64,000 nt of DNA from Tubiluchus corallicola (taxonomy: Eukaryota; Animalia; Priapulida): positions 142,965-206,964 of the forward strand of contig JAQGDQ010000410.1 of NCBI GenBank assembly GCA_030141605.1, given 5' to 3'. The notes under the pieces were generated by a model. It had not been told where the DNA came from. It searched no databases and saw nothing but the letters and a program-made list of their open reading frames with translations. The position numbers and the translations under genes are program-made. Positions 23,981 to 34,293 of the stretch are shown here, piece after piece (positions within the stretch are counted from its first letter, which is position 1; the number at the start of each line of letters is the position of its first letter).

Positions 23981-26900
23981 TTATGTGGGGGTAGGAGATT
24001 TGGATTTAGGTGTTGGAGACCTTGACCGCGAGGAGGCAGGTGTACGTTCTCGACGCGGTGACCTGCTGTTGGATCTGCTACGATGACGTCGACGATCTTG
24101 TGATCTGGATCTAGACCTCGACTTAGATCGTGATCTTGAGTAGCTGAAAAACAACAAACAGAAATTTGGTATAAGCAACAAATGAATCTTCACTTTCAAA
24201 CGCAGTTTATTTTCATTAGCCAGAGGTACTAAATGCAGTCACGGCATTACTAAATCTGAAGGTAAATTTGAGCAGCTCTAAGAGTTATTAATAAGCTCTT
24301 TATAAGCTTACAATTGCAGTTTAAATACAGGTATTTAAATAAGCCATTGTTTAACACAATTTGCAAAATTTTTTCAAGTACATCTATAAAACATAAAATG
24401 CATAAGTTTAAGTAAACAACTTTTTTCATTAAAAAGATAAGGTCTTTAATCATAAATTCTGATTTGAACATCAAAAAGACTTGCAAACATACAATAGTGC
24501 TGTTATAAATGCTTGGAATTTATTTAGGACAACATTAAATATAGGAAAAGAAAATATCCACCAAAAAGACATATTAACAAATCTTACTTTCCACGCAAAA
24601 TGTCTTCTTTAAGTATCAATTCAATGAGAAAGTGTGGACAACCTAAGTATAGGTTGTATAGCAAAGTGCAAAATAGTTATTTATGGTCTGCAGCAAACAA
24701 ATGTGCTACACTCGGTATGCTCTACGCTTTGGACTACTATATTACATAAATAATAGTAGCTTACCGCCTACGAGGAGAGCGTCTTGGAGGTCTGCGATCT
24801 CTGTACCGATCACGATCATCGGGTCTACCATAACGAGCCATTTGTACCCTCAACTCCCTACCATCCATGACACGACCATCCATAGAATCAATTGCATCTT
24901 CTGCATCACGACGATCATAATATCTAAAATAAAATGCTTCATAAATATCATTGACAGATAGAAAACAATTCTTTCACAAAACTTGGCAGACATAGATTGA
25001 CAGGTAGAAAATAATTTACAATTTTTTAAAACAGTGCATTACTACTAGAGGTGAGCATCAAACATTCCAGTTTGAACGTTCGAATCGAAATTGGATGTTC
25101 GAATTAGATTCAAACGAGTTTTTTTAGTTCGAATTTGATTTGAACCCATTAATTTAGCTACATTAATTATTAGCAAATTAGCAAAATTTAGCTACAGCTT
25201 CTGTGCAGAATTTTTAACGAACTAATAGTGGTTTTACTGCAAAAAAATGCATGATCTTTATAAGACCACTTTTTACTAGTGGTTCGAAAATTTAAATTTT
25301 CTTGGTGTCTCTATGAAAATTTCTTGCTTTTAACCTGGTTTATTTTCTTTCTACCTCTGTTGACTTTTTTTATAAACTGTGTTAATCATTAGAACACATT
25401 TCTAATACCAGTGTTTGCTCGAAACCCATCCTGGCAGTTTAGAAAAATCATCTAAAGGATACAAAACCTGCCTGCTTCAAAGTAGATAATTACCTGCAAG
25501 TTTTAACAGGAATTGGCAACGTAAAATTACACGACAAAAGTCTCCACATTTACACTCATATCAATACGTGAAATTAATAATGCAGCCTTCTTATTTTAAC
25601 TGACACCCTAGTAGACACTTGCTGTCAAAATTCACTACTGACTAGCGTGATACAAAAAAGCGGGTTTGTTTCTTTATAAACTTACGCGTTTTGCTTCGAA
25701 CATTGAAACATTTCAAATTAGGCGCTGCACAGACATCTTGTGAAAAACGAAAAATCGGGGAAGAAAGCAAAAGCGATGTCCTGTAAGAAACGACATTGTG
25801 CATGTGTGACTCTCGCTGTACTTACATGTAGGCAAAATCAAGTAGTACGAAGATGAGACTGGTGTACTCGCATTTTGCTATTTTAGTCTTAAGCTCAAAA
25901 CATAGGTTTGTCCAAATTTAATTGAATGCACTATATTTTATAGATGAAACAAATATTAATAACGAAGTACAACGTGTAAAAGTTTTAGCATGACACTTCT
26001 GCTTTATAAATGCCTGCATTCTTTTCAAATGTGCAAATGAGATTTCAGAGAAAAAAAGCTTAAATCTTTAAGTCAGGAAAATATTCTCAAAGTCTACAGT
26101 TTGACTGCCATTATATGACGTACATATAAGTTTTTTGTGCATTCGAGCTCCTTTATTCTACGTGTACCTGTCCACGCAGACTTTATTTCTCACCATGTCT
26201 AGCACGATAGAGGGGCGATTCTATTTGTAGCAAAAAAGGATGTTCTTGTCTATCATTACTGAGGTCCATTTTTAGTTTGAAGTAACGTGTAAAAAATTGG
26301 GAGAAATATTAAAAAATGTAAAGAAAGGGAGATTACTGCATTAAAATCGGGGAGTAATTTAAATTGGTACGGTTGAAATGTCTTACTGCTAACCTACACT
26401 AAATATAGTTTTCATGAACTTTAGCTAGAAAGGTTAATTATTACCTTACTTCCTGAGTATCTAACCCATAATAGTGGTTAGCAGCGTACTTGCAGCATGA
26501 TTTAATTCGCGGAAGTACTCGGCACACCTATTTGTCATACAGTCTACACACAGTTTAAATAATACTAGTACAGCGTCATCATAGTGCTCTGTATAACCGT
26601 TCTGTTCCATGTTTCCAATGCTCTGCTTGCTGGGGCCGCTGGTTATTTACTGTGCTGCAGCTGTTAACTGCCTCTTCCTTACGTGACGTCACAGCACTGA
26701 GTGTCACAGCGGGCGGTAATAGTTGTGACAGTACCAATGGCGCTTAAGTTAAGTTAGCATATCACATAAAAGCATGCATCAAAACTGTTTTAAAAATTAC
26801 GAAATATGTAATTCCGCCGCTGTAAAACAAAATAACAAAAATATTGTCATACTCATACTCATAGGAACTTTAAGTGGTTCATACTGAATTAGTACCTAGC

Positions 26901-27133
26901 AGGCATGTCAAAAAGTTTGTAAAAGCCTAATAAACTGCTATATACCTTATAAAAGCAAAACCACGGCTGTCCCTTGTAAAGCGATCTCTTGGAATATAAA
27001 TATCGCCGATGTCACCATACTTCGAAAAAGCGCGACGTAAATCATCAGGCGTCGTTCTGTAGGTTAAGTTATCAACCTTAAGAGAAATCATTCCCTCCAC
27101 ATCAGGAGGTGGTCCGCGCCCACCGTAACTCAT
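23981..27133 (-). CDS. SRSF2: serine/arginine-rich splicing factor 2 (SC35), about 169 aa; join(complement 26946-27133, 24765-24923, 23981-24143)
   Basis: Exon 1 [62 protein letters not shown] is the SC35-specific RRM, ending AG|GTATAT. Exon 2 [35 protein letters not shown]... is bounded by ttttag| and CG|GTAAGC. Exon 3 encodes the RS domain after tttttcag|. All phases are consistent. Confidence 0.96.
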
Positions 27134-28674
27134 ATTACTCTTTTTTCACTCACTAGCAAGTATTAAAAAATTACAAAGCTTTGCCTCTCTTTACCGACTT
27201 TTCACACAAGCAGTAAACCTCGAATGAGGTTGATGGAACAACAAACCGCAAAACGCCCGACTTTGAAATTAAAGCGAAAGGGACAGTGCAGCCAAAGTAT
27301 ACAAAAACAAAGCAGGGAAAGTTACTGCCAGCAGTTCGCGCAGTTAGTTTCATCCTAGCGGCACAGCAGTACGGACTGTTAGCTGTTATATTTTTAATAT
27401 TATTTAAAGCAAGCATAAGGCATTAAGAATAATTAGTAGTTAAAATGAAAACTATTATAATCATATCTCATAAAAATTAATAGGCTTATTTACAAAAGAA
27501 GTTAAGTAAGTTGATCATAAAGAAAGTTTGCAAATACCTGGCTTATATAGTATTCTATTTCTGGAGAAATATTTTTTCTAAAAACATTCCTATTTAATAT
27601 GTTCTTATCAGGAAATATAACTTGAAGAAATATTAGGCCTGACTTTCATGTGTAATACCTTTCATAGAAAAAACATCGATTTTTTTCAGAAGAGCAATTA
27701 ATTTTTCCAGAACAAAACTTAATCTAAGCATCTACATGTTTTGTTAATTCCAAGTTAAAAGATGTTTAAAAAGCATATAATCATACATTGGCCTTTGTTA
27801 TGAGTTGGAGTTGGTTATAAAATCACGTTGAATAAACGGAGAGGAATTTATGACATCACTCCTCTTTTTTATTATCAGTGAACAAAAAATAACAAAACGA
27901 AACATCAGGGCTGTCATCCTAAGCAGCCGGCATTACTTCCACCTCTATAACAACCAAATAACTAGGTCAAAATCGAGTTACGGAATCAGGTGAGAAGCCA
28001 ACCTGGCGCATAAATTAGTATCGGCAGGCGTGTCATAACGCTTTATATATCATGTGTAGACGTCACTTATATTTAGCCTATTTTTTTCAAGATTCGGTTA
28101 GGCTTACGTCAAAATAAGTGTTCATTAAATACAGTTTGTTTACGTGTAAAAAATGTACTTGTACCTGTGGCTAAATCCACTGACAAGTCTTAATAAATAT
28201 TATTTATTGATGGGCTTAAATTAATTGATTTTATACAGGCCTAGATGCTAAGGGCAATCATTTTATATAGTTATATATATAGGCTCCGCTTCATAGAATC
28301 TTTGTATGTAATAATGATTGCATGTAATAGAATCATACATGTATGTGAGTCTGTGTGCATGGGTGTATCAAGACGCTACGACGCCCTAGGCTGACAGTTC
28401 AGTCCTACTTATTTCTACTACTGTAATTATTATTTATATATGAAGCACCGTATGCAATTACTTGTTGTGTGCATGCGTGCGTGTACGACTTATTTATATA
28501 CAAACCTACAACATAATATATGTGTAACTATATAGATTAATTGCAGGGCACGTAAATGGGTGCAATTTTTAATGTGCCAAATTAAATTTGGAATAAATCC
28601 ATTATTCCACCTCGCATTGGAATAAAACGACCAAGAAACAAATGGCAGAACCTTCAACAAAAGGAAAAGAAGGA

Positions 28675-28795
28675 TCTCTCTCTCTGTCTCTGTCTCTCTC
28701 TCTTTCTCGGTCTTTTTCTCTCTCCTCCCTCCCTTTCACTGTCTCTTCCTTTCCCTCTTTCTCGCTCTCTCTCTCCATCCCTCTCTCCTTCTCCC
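28675..28795. repeat. (CT)n / pyrimidine-rich low-complexity repeat
   Basis: Imperfect CT runs. Confidence 0.8.
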
Positions 28796-29946
28796 TAAGA
28801 GAGGGAGGAAGAGAAAAATCAATAAATCAATAAAGAATGCTTTACTTTTTTACATAGTAGGCAGCCCATCATGCAGTCAGCTAGCCTCTTTCCTCAGGAA
28901 GAACAATAAGATTTTACTTACAAGAAAACTGAAGAAGTATTTGCAAGTACATAATACAAACTTATTGCAATTTTTTCCCTTTTCATTAATTGTTTTCAGT
29001 TTTTCTAAAATAATAATTGCTTTTAATTGAGATATTCCTCTTTTATTAAAAACGCAAAAGTGATTTTAGCTTATCGAAATTGCGCGAATACCAACATTAT
29101 TGGTGAACTGAAGAATATAGTCAATGTGCGGCTCAAAACTTTTTAATCATCCGCCGTTTGATGCCGCAAGCATAGCCGCTAATCGCAAAAACGAAATACG
29201 TAACAATAGCCGATTTTCGTCACTTCCTCTTTTTACACTTTGGTGCAGCAATGCAATTAGCGGTCTTTCAGTAGAACAAAATCATCCTAACCAAGTCCAA
29301 GGAGAACTAACATCTAAATAGTATAGAAATCTTGCACTGTAATTGCAAAAAAGCATACGTAACATATTTATCCTTTACAGTTGTTCAGATTTACATTTAG
29401 ATTAATAATGGTACGTTAGCCGAGCTTTATAAAAAAAATGATTAAAATCACAAGTAGGCATTCCTAAAATATATAGGGTCTGCAAAGAAAGGCTACCTGT
29501 TTCAAACACGATACAGTTCCCAATACAGCCTAAATTAAATAATCCTCAGCATAATGGTCAAACTATGGAACAGCCTCCTTATCATACATAAAATTGGTTT
29601 ATGAACCCCTAACTGCTTAGCAGGAAGAAAAATATCGTATGTGTCTAGTATGAGACAATCAATTCATCATAATAGGATATACATGTCATCGTTTGACTCA
29701 ATAAATAAGTAATCGGTTTGCCCAACGTGAGACATATTTGTTTATGATCATATTGAATTTGCATCATTTCAGATGTATATGAGGCATGCTTTAGTTTTCT
29801 GTTATATGCACGTTAAGTTATTACCTTTCATATAACATAAGGAATTATATTCATCTGTGTTCAACATTTAACTTCATTAAGATTTAGATTCAGAATCAAT
29901 TTTATTTCTTGGTTATTTCTTGTTATCGTATAATAAGAAAAAATCA

Positions 29947-30260
29947 TTCTTATTCTTATTCTTATTCTTATTCTTATTCTTATTCTTATTCTTATTCTTA
30001 TTCTTATTCTTATTCTTATTCTTATTCTTATTCTTATTCTTATTCTTATTCTTATTCTTATTCTTATTCTTAGTCTTATTCTTATTCTTATTCTTATTCT
30101 TATTCTTATTCTTATTCTTATTCTTATTCTTATTCTTATTCTTATTCTTATTCTTATTCTTATTCTTATTCTTATTCTTATTCTTATTCTTATTCTTACT
30201 CCTACTCTTATTCTTATTCTTACTCCTACTCTTATTCCTATTCTTTTTCTTATTCTTATT
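29947..30260. repeat. (TTCTTA)n hexanucleotide microsatellite
   Basis: About 50 units, degenerate at the right end; this explains the poly-NK and poly-FL ORFs. Confidence 0.97.
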
Positions 30261-31194
30261 TGTATTTTTACTCGTAATTATCATAAGAATTAAAAATAAT
30301 TATTATTATTGATAATGGCACTTAATTCATCCTGATTCTAAACACTCAGGCATAATTAATCAGGTGACCTGCAAAGTCACGTATTTATAATTTTTGAAAA
30401 AATCCGATGTATAATTTATTTAAGTTATACTAAAATACAGATCTCAAGGAGGTCTTTACATTGAAAAGCAGGGTATTTGAAATTGAATGCATTGTCTTAT
30501 TAATTTTGTGAATTTGTGTAGTTAAACATAAATTAATATGATTCTGTTTTTGAAAGAAAATCTCCTAACGTTGCTATTAATATTATCATCACTGTCATCA
30601 TTATCATAATCATCTGAACTTATTATCACAGTAGCAGCAGCACCATTGATCACAATTCATGTCACTATCATCAGCGGCAGCGTGTCTTCATCACTACATT
30701 TTTAATAAAGAAGTTGGAGATTTTGCCAAGTTAGTTTTTAGATGTTTAGCATTTGAATAGCCTTTTGAACTTTTTTTATTTAAATTAAAATATTAGCTAT
30801 GTCAAACTTTGATTTATTTTTGACTGTTTTAACTGCTTCAAGCTTTTACTCTTCTTGAAACTTTCAAAAGTTGCAAGTTTCTAATTCACGTGACGTGAGC
30901 AAAATTAAAAATTAAAGGGTGGCATGGTCTTTGGCTGCTATAATAATTTACAGCCGTAGTTACATATCTACAAAACAAATTTGCAAACTAACCTAACGTA
31001 ATATTAGTGAAAGTTGCAAAATATGCTATCTTTGCTTTCATTATTCTGTAACATCGCTCAGACTTCATATTACTTCTCAAAAAGGTTTAAAGGCATATAT
31101 AACCCTAATAGACATTGAACTTTTTTAACAATTATTATATCTACACAAATAATTCATAGTCATTACTAAATAAAAGAATTTATAAATTAAATAA

Positions 31195-31330
31195 CTTACC
31201 TTTTGTGGCAAATTTCGAAAGCGTGCAATGTCGTAAAGATCGCCATGTTTCGCGTCCCTAGCGCGAGCGAGCAAGAATGACGTACGTAGTACAGGAAGCG
31301 TCTTTGGTTACCAATGTTTGTTTACCGATC
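31195..31330. promoter_or_regulatory. candidate bidirectional promoter (ETNK on +, unknown spliced transcript on -)
   Basis: CpG-enriched patch with YY1-like CGCCATGTT (31241-31249), TGACGTA and CAGGAAG motifs. Minus-strand donor AAG|GTAAGT at 31200/31199. Plus-strand donor ACA|GTAAGT at 31446/31447 could join the acceptor ctacag| at 32330 upstream of the ETNK ATG. Confidence 0.45.
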
Positions 31331-31815
31331 TTTGGTGAACTCGTGACTGTACTCATTACATCACTGGTCTCGCGTAACGAAAAATAGCAGTTCTTCAAAT
31401 TTAATACCGCTAGTGATAAAAAAAATCAAAAGAAACAAGTTGTACAGTAAGTTTATAATAAAATAAATCGAATATTCGTAATGAGAGTAATATTTAAGTT
31501 GTATAAGCTTATATTACAGTGAATATTTAGCTTGATTTTAAAATAAGTGAAACATTATTCCTAAGCACTTGAAAACAAACAAAAAGAAGGTGTTGATTGT
31601 AAAACAAAAATGGTAGTTTTTCTCAAAACTTGTTTACTTTTAGGTACATGACTTTGCGGGTCACCGCCCCAATTTACTTCTTTGCAGTGCATAATAGTTA
31701 CTGTGAAACATACATAAGACCTTTTGTTACAGACATACAAAAATGGTGGTACAAAAATGCGTAACCCAACAGAACAATTTATTACATCGAAGTATTGCTG
31801 GAACAATAAAGAATC

Positions 31816-31883
31816 TGCTGTTGCTGCTGCTGTTACTGCTGCCATTGCCATTGTTGTTGTTGTTGTTGCTGCTGCTGCTGTTT

Positions 31884-31969
<86 letters not shown>

Positions 31970-32002
31970 GCTGTTGTTGTTGTTGCTGTCATTGTTGTTG
32001 CT
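31816..32002. repeat. (GTT)n/(GCT)n trinucleotide microsatellite
   Basis: Seen directly; it explains the poly-T, poly-V and poly-L ORFs and lies in the putative ETNK 5'UTR intron. Confidence 0.95.
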
Positions 32003-32421
32003 AACTCAAGATTAAACTTAAACTTAAGATTTCTTAAACCCGTAAAAGCATAAAATTAGGCATATTTTCAAATTTCGCACATCACGTAAAAATGCCCACA
32101 TCGTTTTGAAATAATCCTAAATATTAATTCTAAATTATTTTAAAAAATAATCCTATTTACTTTTTCTTTACTCTTAACGCCTTTAGAAATAGAAGCAAGC
32201 TTAAAAATAGACTACCCTGAAATTCTTCTTGGTTTGTACTTTGTCAGTGCTACCAAGGTTCAACAGCTTTGTGCTAATGACCTAGAAAACCTGCCAGACA
32301 TTAAATTCAAACGCTCTGTTCATACTACAGGCCTATAAGTCTTGACAGATTTACAGAACTATGCAGCGACTGTAGTTCGTGGCACACTGTTAACAGTGTT
32401 TGTTAAAAAATACAATGAAAT

Positions 32422-33510
32422 ATGGCGGAACACTCGACAGATGAAGATTACGAATTACTAGATGTGAATATAGACAGTGATGAGTACAAGAATGGAGCTG
32501 TTCTTGTAGTTGAAGCAGTAAAACCAAGATGGGATAAGCGTAAACTGAATTTTCACGTTTTTACAGATGGAATAACAAACAAAATTGTGGGTGTGTACAC
32601 TGACGACTTCAACGACATGATATTGCTTAGGATTTTTGGCGAGAAAACTGAAGAATTTATAGACAGAGAGGCAGAACTACGAATTATGTTGTTACTGCAT
32701 AGGAATGCACTATCTCCTCCAGTTTATGCAAAATTTAACAACGGCGTGTGCTGTGGCTTCGCGCCAGGGCGATGCGTTACAAAGAACTCTGTCCGATTAG
32801 AACCAGTGAACAAGTTAATAGCAGCCACATTGGCACGACTGCACTGTATTGAAGAAGGAGAAAACATAAAGAAGGAACCAATAGTCTATCAACGCTGCAA
32901 GGCATGGCTAGAGTTAGTGCCAGACCATTTTTCGGATCCCGGTAATAATGATAAATACTACAGATGTATACCTAGAAAAGACGTTCTTGCACATGAGCTG
33001 GCCGAACTTGAAGCAAAACTAACAAAACTTGAATCGCCGATTGTTTTTTGTCACAACGACCTCCTGCTCAATAATATTGTTTATGACAAAGACAGAGGCA
33101 CTGTGACATTCATAGACTACGAGTATGCGGGTTATAACAACCAGGCTTTTGATATAGCCATTCACTTTCTAGAATATGCTGGGGTTGAAGAAATGGATTT
33201 TTCTCTTTATCCGGACAAATGTTATCAAATGGAATGGCTTAAAGAATACTTAATCCACTGGCAGCAATTACAGAAAGCTAGTGACCAAGTCTCACCATCA
33301 GTCATAACGCAGCAAGATGTTGAAAAATTGTACCGTCAAGCAAATAAGTTTGTACCGTTAGCTCTCTTCTTCACAGGACTTTGGGGATTACTGCAAGTAG
33401 AGAAGTCTCTCATAGATTTCGATTTTTTACAATATTCAATTGAAAGATTTCGCGAATACTTCACGAAGAAGAATCAGTTTCTTTACCATTCCGGCCCGAC
33501 AGTAAAATAA
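32422..33510 (+). CDS. ETNK: ethanolamine kinase (ETNK / easily-shocked family), 362 aa, single coding exon
   Basis: FTDGITNK ATP loop, LLRIFGEKTEEFIDRE, YAKFNNG, the Brenner phosphotransferase motif CHNDLLLNNI, the choline/ethanolamine kinase motif FIDYEYAGYN...AFDI, and C-terminal WGLLQ...SLIDFDFLQY. Confidence 0.95.
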   Translation: MAEHSTDEDYELLDVNIDSDEYKNGAVLVVEAVKPRWDKRKLNFHVFTDGITNKIVGVYTDDFNDMILLRIFGEKTEEFIDREAELRIMLLLHRNALSPPVYAKFNNGVCCGFAPGRCVTKNSVRLEPVNKLIAATLARLHCIEEGENIKKEPIVYQRCKAWLELVPDHFSDPGNNDKYYRCIPRKDVLAHELAELEAKLTKLESPIVFCHNDLLLNNIVYDKDRGTVTFIDYEYAGYNNQAFDIAIHFLEYAGVEEMDFSLYPDKCYQMEWLKEYLIHWQQLQKASDQVSPSVITQQDVEKLYRQANKFVPLALFFTGLWGLLQVEKSLIDFDFLQYSIERFREYFTKKNQFLYHSGPTVK

Positions 33511-34293
33511 TAAAAACAATGCCAAAAACCTTAGCTGGAAAGACAAAGCTTCGAGTTAAGGACAATTTCGTTATTATAACAAACCATGTGCTCTGTGTGC
33601 AAGGCCAAGTTGAAGAGGCTGATTAGCGCCTAAGACAATTAAATCAAATGATTAGTTGTCGATAATAATAATATGCTTGTGCCTTAAAGTAGTTACCACT
33701 TTGGACGCATATAAAACAATGCTTGAATGTTCGCCTACTTTGAACGTTTGACATAGCATTTCGTTTTGTGGTTTCACATTTAATATGTCATCTTAAGATA
33801 GCGCTTTAATTTATCATTGTGTTTTGCACTACTATCGTTTTCGTTTTTATAATACTTATTCAACAGAAATTGTCGTGTGTGTGCATCAAGGATGGGAAAA
33901 TCTGCCGCCATCCTGTTCTAACATAACTTTATCGCATTGTTAGTGCCACCTTCTTAAGCGACATTGCCCAACAGCCTTACTAATGAGCTAAAGGAGAAAA
34001 TATATTTTCTGAGACAGCAATTATTTGTATTCCTGCTCTACTATTGCGACACAGGCAAAAAGCAATATCTCTACTTTTTTAATGACAAGGGAAATAATTG
34101 CAGTTGACAGCTTGACACTATAAGTTTTGTAGAACACGTGATCCAATGATCGGCTTAAATAATAAGGAAATTGTATTTTAAGATTCGTTTACTTAAATAT
34201 TTAAAATAACATGTTCAAGTTAGCGTAAAATTTTTTACATTACACATGTATCTATCTCGAGCAATACATCTCTCAATGTATATAACAAATCTG

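Noticed and set aside
25046-25150. TAGAGGTGAGCA followed by TTCGAA repeats in SRSF2 intron 1 (hAT-like left end)
   Set aside because: No matching right TIR found; too weak to call.
26480-26585. Box C-like ATGATGA on the minus strand in SRSF2 intron 1
   Set aside because: No box D (CTGA) at a suitable distance and no terminal stem.
29283-29336. Minus-strand peptide ARFLYYLDVSSPWTWLG resembling the GST-kappa/DsbA N-terminal motif, in phase with the 31246-31200 exon
   Set aside because: Only about 12 residues resemble the motif, a TGA follows immediately, and downstream sequence does not continue the similarity; probably chance.
29913-30312. ORFs encoding poly-NK and poly-FL
   Set aside because: Translation of the (TTCTTA)n microsatellite.
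31561-32053. Poly-T, poly-V and poly-L ORFs
   Set aside because: Translation of the (GTT)n repeat.
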